Shown in pieces: positions 27,966 through 38,682 of a stretch of 64,000 nucleotides of DNA. Below the pieces are notes generated by a model that was given only the letters and a program-made list of their open reading frames with translations, ran no database searches and was not told the DNA's origin. Location of the stretch: the NCBI GenBank assembly GCA_033763315.1, contig JANRKS010000017.1, positions 32,001-96,000 on the forward strand. Direction: 5' to 3'. The position numbers were made by a program, and so were the translations under genes. This DNA comes from Deltaproteobacteria bacterium. GTDB taxonomy: Bacteria; Myxococcota_A; Polyangia; Fen-1088. Within the stretch, counting starts at the first letter, position 1, and each line of letters starts with the position of its first letter.

Positions 27966-28804
27966 AGCCTACGTCCACGTATTACGATCGCGTTCGCGGC
28001 GCCGCCGAATCCATCTCGGAACGACTCGATGCCGCACATGCCAGCGTGGCGGTGATTTTGGGTTCGGGCCTTGCCGGAGCCGCATCCATTTTGGAGCAAG
28101 CGCGCTCTGTGCCCTATGTTTCGATCCCAGGGTTTCCCGAACCCACTGTGGCAGGGCATCCGGGGCGTTTGGCGTGTGGCATGGTGGCGGGGCGCAAAAC
28201 CTTGTTCTTCTGCGGGCGCGTTCACGGCTATGAAGGTTATGCGCCTTCTGAGGTAGGCTTCGGCATCCGTTTGGCAGCGACGTTGGGTGTGGGCACCGTG
28301 ATTGTCACCAACGTCTCTGGAGGCGTGGATCCTGCGCTGAAGGTCGGCGAGATTGTGGCCATCACCGATCACCTCAACCTCACCGGTCAATCGCCGTTGA
28401 CGGGAACCAATGACGAACGCTTTGGGCCGCGCTTTGTTGACATGACAGACACGTACGCGCCGGAGCTGCGGCAGCTCGCCATTGAAGCGGCCCGTGCCAC
28501 AGGGCTTGGACCGCTGCGCGAATCGGTCTACGCAGGCATGGCGGGGCCACAATACGAAACGCCCGCCGAGGTGAGGATGCTGCGCATGTTGGGTGCGGGC
28601 TTGGTTGGCATGTCCACCGTTTTAGAAGTGATCGCCGCGCGCCACGCAGGCATGAAGATCTTGGGCCTATCGTTGGTGGCGAACCCTGCCGCTGGCGTTG
28701 AGCCTGCGCCTTTGCGCCACGAAGACGTCACCGATGCTGCGGCTGCCGGAACGAAAAAGATGGCGTCGCTGTTGGCCGCGATCATCGCGAAGATCGAGCC
28801 GTAG
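27962..28804 (+). CDS. punA: Purine-nucleoside phosphorylase (trimeric PNP I family)
   Basis: ILGSGL, GH.G, GR.H.YEG, GPQYETPAE, VGMST..E. Confidence 0.94.
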   Translation: MKPTSTYYDRVRGAAESISERLDAAHASVAVILGSGLAGAASILEQARSVPYVSIPGFPEPTVAGHPGRLACGMVAGRKTLFFCGRVHGYEGYAPSEVGFGIRLAATLGVGTVIVTNVSGGVDPALKVGEIVAITDHLNLTGQSPLTGTNDERFGPRFVDMTDTYAPELRQLAIEAARATGLGPLRESVYAGMAGPQYETPAEVRMLRMLGAGLVGMSTVLEVIAARHAGMKILGLSLVANPAAGVEPAPLRHEDVTDAAAAGTKKMASLLAAIIAKIEP

Positions 28805-31800
28805 GTGTGTCATCGCGCCAGGTCTCGATCTCAAGCAAGCGTTGTCGCACGGCCGCCAGTCGGTCGTTCTTCTCTTGATCATCGAACGCATACGTCAGGC
28901 GCATGTCGGGCGAGAGTTTGTATCGGCTGCCTTTGGCCTGCACCATGCGCAGCACTTTCGTGGGCGATAGCACAGCATCCGGACCCAGGTTCAACACAAA
29001 CCGCGCGGGGCCAAGCTCAAAGCCCAGCGCCCCAATGCGACGAACCACCAGTTTGTCCGCCATCACCGCGGCCAACAATTCGGCTTCTTCGGGCGGCGTG
29101 CCATACCGATCCTGCAACTCCTCAAGCAAGGCCTGCAGCGTGGATTCGTCCTCGGCCATCGCGAAGCGCCGATAAAAGTCCAGCCGCTGCCCCGTCTCGG
29201 GGACGTAGTCGTCGGGCAAGAACGCCGGCACATCCACTGACATTTCCGGATCCAACGGCGGCTTAAGCGGCTGGCCGCGCAGCTCCGCCACGGCTTCTTC
29301 CAAGATGCGGATCCACGTTTCAAAACCCACCGCCGCCACGGCGCCGGATTGCTTTTGCCCCAGCAGCTCACCCGCGCCGCGGATCTCCAGATCAAACGTA
29401 GACACCTGAAAGCCCGCCCCCAGTTCAGTGAACCGCTGCAGCACCGCCAAACGTTGCTTCGCTTCCGCCGTCACACCTTCACCGGGGGGGATCACCAGAT
29501 AGCAGTAAGCGCGTTCACGCGAGCGACCAATGCGCCCACGCAATTGGTAAAGCTGGGCGAGGCCGAACGTATCAGCGCGGTTCACAATCATCGTATTGGC
29601 GCGCGGTATATCGAGGCCCGATTCAATGATTGTGGTGGAGCACAGGATGTCGAACTTGCCATCGACGAAATCCAACATCACCCGTTCAAGCTCGGCCTCG
29701 TTCATTTGGCCGTGGCCCATCGCCACCTTGGCGGTCGGTGCCAGGCGTCGAATCTCGTCCACCCACTTTTGCAGATCTTGCACGCGGTTGTGAACGAAGA
29801 ACACTTGACCGCCACGCGCCAACTCGCGCGTGATGGCGTCGGCCAACAGCGCCTGATCGAAGTGGCACACGAAGGTTCGGATCGCCAAACGATCCGCGGG
29901 GGGCGTGGCGATGATCGAGATCTCTCGCAACCCGCCCATCGCCATTTGCATCGTCCGGGGGATGGGCGTGGCGGTCAGCGTGAGCACATCCACCTGGGTG
30001 CGAATTTTCCGCAAACGTTCTTTATGAACAACGCCAAAGCGCTGCTCCTCATCGATCACCAGCAAACCCAGATCACGAAAGCGCACGTCTTGCGAAAGCA
30101 AACGATGCGTGCCGATGGCCACGTCCAGTTGGCCTGCGGCGAGCGCCGCCAGCGTGTTGCTTTGCTCCGCTTTGGTACGAAAGCGCGACAGCGAGCCGAC
30201 GCGCACAGGGAAATCTTTCATGCGCTCTGAGAACGTAAGAAAGTGCTGCTCGGCCAACACCGTTGTGGGCGCCAACACCGCCACCTGCTTACCGCCAAGC
30301 ACGGCCAAAAGAGTGGCTCGCAACGCCACTTCAGTTTTTCCATAGCCGACGTCGCCGCACACCAATCTATCCATCGGTGAGGGGGCTTGCATGTCTTGCA
30401 AGACCGCTTCGATCGCCTTCGCTTGATCCACCGTTTCCTCGAACGGGAACGATTCTTCAAACTCCTGAAAAACGGCGTCAGGCGCCGGGAACGCCAACCC
30501 AGGAAGCGCCTTGCGCTGGGCATAAAGCTGCAACAGCTCTTCGGCCACCTTGCGCGCTTCGGCCGAAACGCGGCGGCGTTTGTCCTGCCAGGTTTTGCCG
30601 CCCAGCTTATCAAGTTTTACGGTCTCGTTTGTGGGCCCGCCGGAGCCGACATACCTGCGCACCGAGGCCAGGCGGTAGACCGGCAGGTAGATTGTGCCGC
30701 CATCGTACTCAAGCTGCAGGAAGTCTTGTTTGACCCCGCGCAGCTCCAGCGTTTTGAGCCCAAGGTATCGGCCTACGCCGTGTTCGTCGTGAACGATCGC
30801 GTCGCCCACAACCAGCGCTCCTAGATCACCGAAGCCGTCGGATCGCCGTTGTTCAGGCCTGCGGTGTGATTTCGGCCCGAAAACATCCTCTTCGGTGACG
30901 ACCACAACGTGATCGTTGGGCAACCTGAACCCGCGTGTCAGTGGCCCCCACACCATGTGCACGTGGTTGCCCCCGGGTGTTTGCAACCAGGCCTGTATGC
31001 TGTGCTCAACCGTGTGCCCGCGCTTCGGCATTGCCACGTTGATGTCCAACGCCCGCAGCACAGCACTCAATCGTTCGGCGTGGCCCCGGCCGGGCGCCAC
31101 CATGAATACGCGTTGATCGTCTTGCAGCCATTGCTGCAAACGAGCCCGCAGCGCCGTGCCGATCTCCGCATCGCCGTGCGCGGACCGGCTTTGCTGCAGC
31201 TCCGCGCGCAAAGCGGTTTGTGATTCACTGTGAACGCGAATCAGGAGCGACGTTGGCGCTTCGCTGCTGACGATGTCCAGCGCCAACAAATCCACGCGCG
31301 GGTGCGTGTGAAATACGGCGTGGATTTCGTCTTCGTTCAAAAAGAAGGCTTCTGGATCCAGTGCCAGACGGTGTTCGGCGCGACGGTGTTCCGCGCTTGT
31401 GCGCAACCGCGTGAGGTTGCGGCGCGCTTCGTTGTCCACAGCGTCTGGATCTTCCACCACAATCAACGTGTGGGCGGGCAGATAACTGAAAAACGATTCG
31501 AGACGCTTGTGAAACGCAGGCATCAGCGCTTCCACGCCGAAAAAATCCACGCCCTGTTCCACTTGTTCGATCAGCAGCCGCGTCTTGGATGAGGGGTGGT
31601 TCACGGCGTCCGCCGCCGCCAAAATCACGGCCTTCGGGTCGGCCCCCTCTGTCAGTAGGGTTTCTTTGACGGGATGAATGTGGAGCTCATCCAACGATCG
31701 CAGCGTGCGTTGTGTGCCTGGGTCGTAGCTGCGGATGGATTCGATGTCGTCGCCGAAGAACTCGATTCGAATGGGATGGCGGTACACCGGCGGAAACACG

Positions 31801-32426
31801 TCCATCACCGCGCCGCGCACGGTGAATGTGCCGGGATCTTCCACCAAGGGCGCGCGGCTGTAACCTGCTCGTGTAAGGGCGGCCACAAGCGCCTCGCGGT
31901 CACATGAGGTGCCGGTGCGGCAAATAACCGCGAGCGGCGCCAACGCGTCCTTGGCCATCACACGACGGAACAAGGCTGCAGGGGAGGCCACGATGGCCGC
32001 GGGCGCCATTCCTGTCATCAAGCGGTATTTCAGGGCGAGGCGACGCATGATCGTGCGCCGATCGGGTTGCATCTCTGCGTAAGGCGAAGCTTCGAGCGCT
32101 GGCAGCTCCGCCACCTGCGCCGTCCACAGATCCTCGGGCGCCGCGGGTTCGGCGGCCTCGGTCTTCGCGTCACTGCCCTCCAAAAAGAACCGTAGTTCGG
32201 CGGCGCGCGTCTCCGCGGTCTCGTCGTTGGCGGTGACATAAACGAAGGGCGCATCGGGTGCCCATCTCCGCCACGCCTCGATGGCCAGCGCAACGCCTAA
32301 CGCGCCCTCGGCTCCCACCACCCGGGCGACAGAGGTTTGACCCTTTGCCCTCGATTCCGTGGCGATGGCCGCAAGTTGCGCGATGGCCTCGCGCAAAGGC
32401 GCGTGTGCAGTGGGATCGGTCGCCAT
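28782..32426 (-). CDS. mfd: Transcription-repair coupling factor
   Basis: UvrB-like N-terminus, Car[46 protein letters not shown]-terminus. Confidence 0.98.
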   Translation of the reverse strand: MATDPTAHAPLREAIAQLAAIATESRAKGQTSVARVVGAEGALGVALAIEAWRRWAPDAPFVYVTANDETAETRAAELRFFLEGSDAKTEAAEPAAPEDLWTAQVAELPALEASPYAEMQPDRRTIMRRLALKYRLMTGMAPAAIVASPAALFRRVMAKDALAPLAVICRTGTSCDREALVAALTRAGYSRAPLVEDPGTFTVRGAVMDVFPPVYRHPIRIEFFGDDIESIRSYDPGTQRTLRSLDELHIHPVKETLLTEGADPKAVILAAADAVNHPSSKTRLLIEQVEQGVDFFGVEALMPAFHKRLESFFSYLPAHTLIVVEDPDAVDNEARRNLTRLRTSAEHRRAEHRLALDPEAFFLNEDEIHAVFHTHPRVDLLALDIVSSEAPTSLLIRVHSESQTALRAELQQSRSAHGDAEIGTALRARLQQWLQDDQRVFMVAPGRGHAERLSAVLRALDINVAMPKRGHTVEHSIQAWLQTPGGNHVHMVWGPLTRGFRLPNDHVVVVTEEDVFGPKSHRRPEQRRSDGFGDLGALVVGDAIVHDEHGVGRYLGLKTLELRGVKQDFLQLEYDGGTIYLPVYRLASVRRYVGSGGPTNETVKLDKLGGKTWQDKRRRVSAEARKVAEELLQLYAQRKALPGLAFPAPDAVFQEFEESFPFEETVDQAKAIEAVLQDMQAPSPMDRLVCGDVGYGKTEVALRATLLAVLGGKQVAVLAPTTVLAEQHFLTFSERMKDFPVRVGSLSRFRTKAEQSNTLAALAAGQLDVAIGTHRLLSQDVRFRDLGLLVIDEEQRFGVVHKERLRKIRTQVDVLTLTATPIPRTMQMAMGGLREISIIATPPADRLAIRTFVCHFDQALLADAITRELARGGQVFFVHNRVQDLQKWVDEIRRLAPTAKVAMGHGQMNEAELERVMLDFVDGKFDILCSTTIIESGLDIPRANTMIVNRADTFGLAQLYQLRGRIGRSRERAYCYLVIPPGEGVTAEAKQRLAVLQRFTELGAGFQVSTFDLEIRGAGELLGQKQSGAVAAVGFETWIRILEEAVAELRGQPLKPPLDPEMSVDVPAFLPDDYVPETGQRLDFYRRFAMAEDESTLQALLEELQDRYGTPPEEAELLAAVMADKLVVRRIGALGFELGPARFVLNLGPDAVLSPTKVLRMVQAKGSRYKLSPDMRLTYAFDDQEKNDRLAAVRQRLLEIETWRDDTPTARSSR

Positions 32427-32584
32427 TCGTCCTTGTGGTGACTGCCACGCGGGCAACCCGTGTCAAGGATGGCGGCCGGCGCTGCAGGCTGAAGCGGCCT
32501 TTTTTGCTTCAGATCACGGTGCCCGTTGACCTGGTAGCGGGAAGGCGTCTATCGTGGTCCTCCCGTCAGCTCTTGGAGGAGTAC

Positions 32585-32989
32585 ATGACCCGCGCCTTTC
32601 GTTGTTTCTCGTTGGCTGCTCTCGCCTTCGTGTCCTTGTCAACCGTGGCTTGCGAGAGAAAAGGTGGCCCTGTCACCGTGGTTCGCATCGAGCCCGACAA
32701 TGGAACCACCTCGGGTGGTGACCAGGTCACGATCATTGGCTCTGGCTTCGAACCCGGTCAAACCACCGCCGAGGTTCGCTTTGGTCGCAAACGTGCCGAA
32801 GGCGTCGTCATTGCTTCGACGTCGGCGATCAACGTAACCACACCTCCAAGCGATCGCGGTCCCACGGAAGTCACCGTGATTCTCAATGACGGCAAGGCCT
32901 TCACAATCCCGAACGGCTTTCGCTTCATCGAGCCGCAAGACGCCTCGAAAGTGCGCGAAGCGTACCTGAAGACGCAGCAAGTGAAGTAA
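32585..32989 (+). CDS. Lipoprotein with a single IPT/TIG domain
   Basis: GGAGG RBS, TVAC lipobox, IEP..G...GG..VTI.GSGF, VTTPP. Confidence 0.85.
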   Translation: MTRAFRCFSLAALAFVSLSTVACERKGGPVTVVRIEPDNGTTSGGDQVTIIGSGFEPGQTTAEVRFGRKRAEGVVIASTSAINVTTPPSDRGPTEVTVILNDGKAFTIPNGFRFIEPQDASKVREAYLKTQQVK

Positions 32990-33007
32990 CGCGGCCTAAA
33001 ACGGCAG

Positions 33008-33043
33008 AAGCGGCCTCCTCTCAAACAGAGGTGAGCCGCTTTT
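33008..33043. terminator. Probable bidirectional terminator
   Basis: AAGCGGC-CTCCTCT...AGAGG-TGAGCCGCTTTT hairpin between convergent genes. Confidence 0.7.
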
Positions 33044-33059
33044 GTTGTGCGTGTGCGGT

Positions 33060-34262
33060 TTAGATCTTGAACGTGACGCGGAACAACTGTTGCCCCATCA
33101 GCAACAAGCTGCCCGAAGGAATTTCTCGGCTGGCCTCCAAGCGCACGAACGTGCCGTTGGACGATCCGAGGTCTTGCAAATAAACCATGCCGTCGCGCAC
33201 CGAGATGCGCGCGTGGGTGGCTGAAACGTAGCCGTCTTCGGGGAACAAGATGTCGCCGCGCTCGCGGCCAAGCACGATGGCCTCCTCGAAGATAGGGAAA
33301 GCGGGCCCATCAACGTCGCGCCCGACGATCACGGAGATACGGCCCCAATAACCGGGGTTGGGCGTGCCGATGATTTCAGTTCCGTCCTCAAGCGGCTCAG
33401 GCGGTGCGATCACATCGAAACGCAGCAGCTCTTGGCCAATGCGGAAGATGCTGCCCGAGCCCAAAGATTCCTCTTCGGTTAGCTTCACGAAAACACCGTT
33501 GAGGCTCTTGAGATCACGAACCGTGAGCCCCGTGGGACCGAGCAGGAACTCAGCGTGACGAGGCGATAGATAAGGGTCGGCATCGAACAGCGAGCCCTGA
33601 CCACGGCCAACCAGGTTCTCCCCGGCGGCGATGGGGTGTTGCCCGCCTTCGGAGCCATCGGGACGGATCAACGTAAGGTGACCCTGTGGCACCGTTTTGA
33701 CAGGTACTGCCATGAACATCGTTCGAGGTACCGCAGCCGCGGCCGGCTTCGCAGCCACAGGTGCCGCGGGTAGAGATGCCGGGGCCGGGCCAGGGCTTGA
33801 CGGGGGCCTCAATCGGTAGCCGCAGCGCCCACAGAACGCCTTGCCGGCCTGAATGGGCGCACCGCAACTGGGACAATCGGTGGTGCCGCCTGTGGGGCCG
33901 GGAACCGAGGGGGCGCCGCCTGGGCCGGAAGGCGCACTGCCTGGGGAGGGCATAGGTGCGGCCACAGGAGGCGAGGGCAAGATCGTGGGGCTGTAAGCCA
34001 CGGGCGCCGGCGTGGGACCGCTTGGAGGCGCCATGGGGGGCGGCGTGTATCCGCGCGCCGCTGCCAGTGCTCCGGTGCCGGCACGCTGAGGTGCGATGCC
34101 CGCCACAGGTGCCCGCGGCAAGCTGGTGTTGGAAGCGGGCGCAGGCGCTGCCGTGGGCGATTGTGTGCCGGTGGCCGCACGCGCTGGCATTTTGGCGCCA
34201 CAGCCAAGGCAGAACTTGTAGTGGTCCTGATTTTCTTTGCCGCAGCTTGGACAGACGATCAC
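33060..34262 (-). CDS. Zinc-ribbon + Pro-rich + tandem FHA domain protein
   Basis: CPSC..FCLGCG and CPSC..FCGRCG; two FHA domains with GR, SxxH and NG. Confidence 0.88.
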   Translation of the reverse strand: MIVCPSCGKENQDHYKFCLGCGAKMPARAATGTQSPTAAPAPASNTSLPRAPVAGIAPQRAGTGALAAARGYTPPPMAPPSGPTPAPVAYSPTILPSPPVAAPMPSPGSAPSGPGGAPSVPGPTGGTTDCPSCGAPIQAGKAFCGRCGYRLRPPSSPGPAPASLPAAPVAAKPAAAAVPRTMFMAVPVKTVPQGHLTLIRPDGSEGGQHPIAAGENLVGRGQGSLFDADPYLSPRHAEFLLGPTGLTVRDLKSLNGVFVKLTEEESLGSGSIFRIGQELLRFDVIAPPEPLEDGTEIIGTPNPGYWGRISVIVGRDVDGPAFPIFEEAIVLGRERGDILFPEDGYVSATHARISVRDGMVYLQDLGSSNGTFVRLEASREIPSGSLLLMGQQLFRVTFKI

Positions 34263-34313
34263 TTGAGCCCCCCAGACGTGCGCCGATTCGCGAACAGATA
34301 TGCCATGGCCATA

Positions 34314-35291
34314 CTACGAGATCTCCACGCGAAGCAGTTGTTGCCCTATGAAGACGTAGTCCCCATGTTGCAGTTGCACTTCATCGGTGATGCGCGTGAA
34401 GGTGCCGTTCTTTGATCCCATGTCTTTAAGCAGGAACGAGCCATCTGATCCCGTGGTCAGCTCTGCGTGGTGGCCCGAGATAAAAGGGTCGTCGGGAAAA
34501 TTCACGTCGCAGTGTTCGCGCCCGATCGTCAACTTGTCTTCGCGGGCGCGATAAATCAAACCGATGTCGCCACCGCGCAGGCGCTGAATCAATTTGATCT
34601 TCGAGGCGCGGCGGGGGCTGGCGTAAAAGTATGTGCCTTCGGCGTCTGGTTGCGGCCCCATGTCAGGCGCCACGGCTTCAACTTCCAGCAGCTGCTCGCC
34701 CACCAGGAAGACCGACCCTGAATCAAGCGGCACCGGCTGCTTGATGCGCATGAACACGCCGTTGACCGACTCTTCGTCTCGCACAAACAGACGGTTTTCT
34801 TTGTAGAAAAAATTCGCGTGCCGTGGCGACAGCAGCGAATCCTCGGGAAACAAAATCGCGCCTTCTTCGCGTCCGGCAATGTGCTCTGTGCCGTTGAGCT
34901 GATACGAAACACCGTCGGGAATATCGCCACGCACCAATATCAGCTTCGCGCGACCCGGCGCCTGCACGCCCGAGAAGAACATGGTCTTCCCACCTGAAGC
35001 CAGATGCGGAACGGGTGCCACCGGCACGTCGTCCATGCGGTTTCCACACTGACCGCAAAAGCGATCGGTGACAGGCACTTCGTGTCCACAGCTCGGGCAA
35101 ATCTTGACTGACATGGGCGAGGTTTCCGCTATTCCACGGGCGTTGGTACTAGCAACAGGCACGCCAAAGTGGCCCGCTCCCGTTCCGATGGATGCCCCGC
35201 AATGAAAACACGAAGTGACGCCAAGGGCTAGTAGTGCGTCACAGGAAGGGCAGACCAGGCCAATGGACATTCTTAACGCTGGATTTTCCAT
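34314..35291 (-). CDS. Double zinc-ribbon + tandem FHA domain protein
   Basis: CPSC..CFHCG and CPSC..FCGQCG; two FHA domains with GR, SxxH and NG. Confidence 0.88.
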   Translation of the reverse strand: MENPALRMSIGLVCPSCDALLALGVTSCFHCGASIGTGAGHFGVPVASTNARGIAETSPMSVKICPSCGHEVPVTDRFCGQCGNRMDDVPVAPVPHLASGGKTMFFSGVQAPGRAKLILVRGDIPDGVSYQLNGTEHIAGREEGAILFPEDSLLSPRHANFFYKENRLFVRDEESVNGVFMRIKQPVPLDSGSVFLVGEQLLEVEAVAPDMGPQPDAEGTYFYASPRRASKIKLIQRLRGGDIGLIYRAREDKLTIGREHCDVNFPDDPFISGHHAELTTGSDGSFLLKDMGSKNGTFTRITDEVQLQHGDYVFIGQQLLRVEIS

Positions 35292-35350
35292 CGGATTTGG
35301 CCCCTGTCAATAGCGGCCCGCCGCGCTGCGTTCCGTTTGCTTCGCCGGCT

Positions 35351-38215
35351 CTAAGGGCAAGCGCCAACGACATCCGCCCGCAAAGCGTCCCTGATGGCGC
35401 CGTTCTTTGCGGCGGGTGTCAGGAGGCACTGGCAGACATCGTTACGGTGTTTTCCTCCCGTTGAGGTGACTCGACGCACGGCCGGCCGCAACCACCGAAC
35501 CAAGGTGGAGGATCCGCACGCGGCCGCTTCGTCCGTCTCCAACGCGCGTTCTAACTCCAGGGGCGAAACAGGCGCACCCCAGGCGTCCTTCAAATAGATC
35601 GTTGGTGCACGGGCACAGGCAGGCCCCCAAAGGGCGGTCTTTTCGAGGGCGGCCAAGTCAGCGGCGTCAGTCGCAACCCGGTCCTGTTGTCTCCACGCCG
35701 CCGCCATCCGGATGGCGGCCCGGGTGACCGACAGGGAATCAACGTCTTTCGCAAAGGCCGCCGGGCGGCACGCCGTCCAAAACGCATCCCTTGCCATGGC
35801 GGCTTGCACGGCCTCGCCATCCCACGCGCGTGCGGCGGGGCCTTCTGCACCGACCTGGCGCGCCGGCCACGCCTCGAGTTGCCGAAGCGTTGGGGCGGTC
35901 TTCTCTGTCGCGCCCAACAACACTCCCAAGGCGGCCTCGCTGGTGGGCGTTGCGGATCGCAGGGCCAGGTGCCACAGCGTGCACCTGCCGGTCGCGAATT
36001 CGGCAGCCGAAGCTTGGGCCGTGACAAATAGGTACGGCAGCTGGGCGTCGCGGCCGAACCCAAGATCGGCCGCTGCACCGGCCCCGCGAAGCGACAACCA
36101 AGAATCGAGCGCCATCGCCGCCGTCACTTGCGGTTGGCTGGGATCCTTGAAGGTGTGCTGCAAACGCTCGATGACCGCTTGATCAGCAAACGCACGCAGC
36201 GCCCAAAGGACGAAGGGCTTAAGCTCTCCCTCGGCGCTGTCGGCGAGCCGCACCAGCGCTGACGGGAGCTCGGCCGCACGGGCTTTCCGGTCTGCTCCTG
36301 GGTTGTGAACCGCGCCGATCGCCCACAGCATGGCACGCGTTACCCGCCGGTCAGCGCCACTTTGCAAAGCCGGTTCCCAGATGGACTTGTCGAACACCTG
36401 CAACGCCTTCAGTGATCCCAAAGAGAGTAGCGCGAATGCGGCCTGCTCATACTGCTTCGCGATGAGCGCTCGGGGAACGTAATGAACAAGCGGCTCGATT
36501 AGTTCTTTGCGCTGCAGTTGCCCCGCAAGTTGAAGAGCCAGCGCACCTGGTGCAGAGGCGCGCGCGAATGTGCGTTGCAAGGGTGCCACTGTCGCGTCGG
36601 CCACGGCATCCCACGCAGGCGCGCCTTCAATGGTGTGCGACGCTTTCAGCCGGTGCCAGCGTGCGACCACCGCGATGTGCAAGTCGTCGGCCTCTTCTGT
36701 GGGGGGCGCTTCGGCCGCGCACCACTGCTCAAGAGGGAGCAAACAATCGTTCACCGAACAGAGCTCCAAAAGATTTGGCACCGCACTGAGATCCGCCCCC
36801 GAAGCCCATAAGTTCGTAAGATGGCCGTGGCGCAATAAAAACTCCGCCCATGAACGCTGGCTTTGCGGATCGTTGGCCAATGCCTGTTCCGCGCGCGTGA
36901 GCGCATGGGCATCTTCGGCAACTCGCAGTTCCGCGATCGCCGCGTATTCGCGCACGATGCGAGGTTCGCTGACGAGCCCAAGCGCTTGCTCGGCCCTGGC
37001 TTCGGCGCTTTGCAAGTCTCCGCGCTTGCGTTCAAGTCGGCTCATTTCCAGCAGCAGGGTGGCTCGTTGGGCCGCGGACACCGTGACCGCTTCACGTTCG
37101 AATCGGGCAAGCCACCTCAAGGCCTCCGCCACACGGTTGCCCGCCGCGAACACCTCAAGCGCTGCGCGCAACACACGCATATCCGAGGGCGCTTGTATTG
37201 CTTCAAGCAGGGCCAACGCTTTGTCAGGCGCGTTCAAAGCGGCCTGCACACGTGCCAGCATTACACTTCGCGCCACCACATCCGCGCTTGTGTCGCTTCC
37301 AATGATGTCTAGCGCTTGCTTCTGCTGCGCGGGTTTGGCCGCTTGCACCAACGCAAGCAACTGCAGGCGTGCGTATTCAGCCGGTGCTTCCGTGGGAGCA
37401 GCTGCGATCACTTGAGTCCACCATTTTACCGCCGCAGGAACGTCGTCTCGCTTGGCCGCCACCTTGGCACGCAGCTGCCAAAGCTCAGGCGCTGCGTGTT
37501 GCGGTATCGCGGTGACAGCGTTGAGCGTCGTTTGCGCTTCGGTGATCATGTCGTGTGAGAACAAGACGTCGGCCAGTGTCAGCTGACCTCGCCACCGCGG
37601 TGAAATACGTGACGTCAACTCTATCCACGCTTTTTCAGCCAAGCCACGGCGACCTTGGCGGTGATGCATTTCTCCTATTCCCAAACGCGCGGGTGCGAAC
37701 GAAGCATCAATGGCCAGCGCCTTGCTGAAAAGCTGTTGTGCTTGCAGATCGTCTCCGCTGGCCAATCGCTCTTCGGCCAAGCGCGTGAAATCGGCAGCCG
37801 TGCGCGGCGGTGGTTTGGGTGGCGTTTGCGACGAGCCTGGGGAGAACGCTTCCTGCACGTCAGGCAAACCTGCCAGCGACGTGAGTTGTGCCTTGTGCAT
37901 GGATGCGCGTGCTTCCTCAAAACTTCCGCGCAACGCCTGCACGCGCGCCAGGGAGCCCCATGCGACCCGGTCTTCCGGCGCTAACTTCACTCGCTTCTCA
38001 AGCAGCTGTTGCAGCTCCGTAAGACTGCGTCGCCGGCGGGCTTGTTGCTCCAGCCCCGCCATGTCACTTGGTGACGCGCGTGACCCGCTCGTCAACTTGG
38101 CGAACGCTGCTGACATCCATGCCTTGGCGTCCAAGTCATCGCTCGCGGCGTGACCGCTGCTTGGCCGAGCCAATAGCATCGACACCATCACGGCCAGCGC
38201 GGCTGACCGATTCAC
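35351..38215 (-). CDS. Large secreted TPR / HEAT-like alpha-solenoid protein
   Basis: Signal-peptide-like start, repeated TPR-like helices (e.g. KALAIDASFAPARLGIG), Ala-rich helical C-half. Confidence 0.65.
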   Translation of the reverse strand: MNRSAALAVMVSMLLARPSSGHAASDDLDAKAWMSAAFAKLTSGSRASPSDMAGLEQQARRRRSLTELQQLLEKRVKLAPEDRVAWGSLARVQALRGSFEEARASMHKAQLTSLAGLPDVQEAFSPGSSQTPPKPPPRTAADFTRLAEERLASGDDLQAQQLFSKALAIDASFAPARLGIGEMHHRQGRRGLAEKAWIELTSRISPRWRGQLTLADVLFSHDMITEAQTTLNAVTAIPQHAAPELWQLRAKVAAKRDDVPAAVKWWTQVIAAAPTEAPAEYARLQLLALVQAAKPAQQKQALDIIGSDTSADVVARSVMLARVQAALNAPDKALALLEAIQAPSDMRVLRAALEVFAAGNRVAEALRWLARFEREAVTVSAAQRATLLLEMSRLERKRGDLQSAEARAEQALGLVSEPRIVREYAAIAELRVAEDAHALTRAEQALANDPQSQRSWAEFLLRHGHLTNLWASGADLSAVPNLLELCSVNDCLLPLEQWCAAEAPPTEEADDLHIAVVARWHRLKASHTIEGAPAWDAVADATVAPLQRTFARASAPGALALQLAGQLQRKELIEPLVHYVPRALIAKQYEQAAFALLSLGSLKALQVFDKSIWEPALQSGADRRVTRAMLWAIGAVHNPGADRKARAAELPSALVRLADSAEGELKPFVLWALRAFADQAVIERLQHTFKDPSQPQVTAAMALDSWLSLRGAGAAADLGFGRDAQLPYLFVTAQASAAEFATGRCTLWHLALRSATPTSEAALGVLLGATEKTAPTLRQLEAWPARQVGAEGPAARAWDGEAVQAAMARDAFWTACRPAAFAKDVDSLSVTRAAIRMAAAWRQQDRVATDAADLAALEKTALWGPACARAPTIYLKDAWGAPVSPLELERALETDEAAACGSSTLVRWLRPAVRRVTSTGGKHRNDVCQCLLTPAAKNGAIRDALRADVVGACP

Positions 38216-38218
38216 CGC

Positions 38219-38482
38219 CTAGCTCCCGCAGCGGCTTCGTAGAAACGACATAACCGCGGCTTTCACTCGCTCCGGCATCTTCACTGCGAAACACTCGCGC
38301 GACACTTCGGGGGTGCGCCGGTAAGTCTCGAAGAACGCCACACATTCGGGGCAGGCGTCCAAATGCTCCCGGAAGTGGCTGCTCTCCGCCGTCGGCAGCG
38401 CGCCATCGAGATAGTCAAGCGCGTAGTCTACGACTTGCCTACAGCCTAAATTCGTGGCGTTTGGAGACTTACAGTTAGACAC
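38219..38482 (-). CDS. Stand-alone zf-HC2 (ZAS anti-sigma) domain protein
   Basis: C.......DYLDG.L......F.EHLDACPEC (Hx3Cx2C). Confidence 0.85.
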   Translation of the reverse strand: MSNCKSPNATNLGCRQVVDYALDYLDGALPTAESSHFREHLDACPECVAFFETYRRTPEVSRECFAVKMPERVKAAVMSFLRSRCGS

Positions 38483-38682
38483 GTTTACTCAAATATAGCC
38501 GAATTGTTCGCGAGGAAACCACCAATACCACGCGCTATGCCTCGCCACAGCTGGTGTGCCCGTATGATTCCACGTGTTGACGGTGGTTTCATATATCATC
38601 CCATTCGGTTGCGTCACCGCTTGACATTCGTGGCCCCCGGCCAGCAAATGCGGCCCTTGTTACGTGCGCGCGGCGCTTCTTC

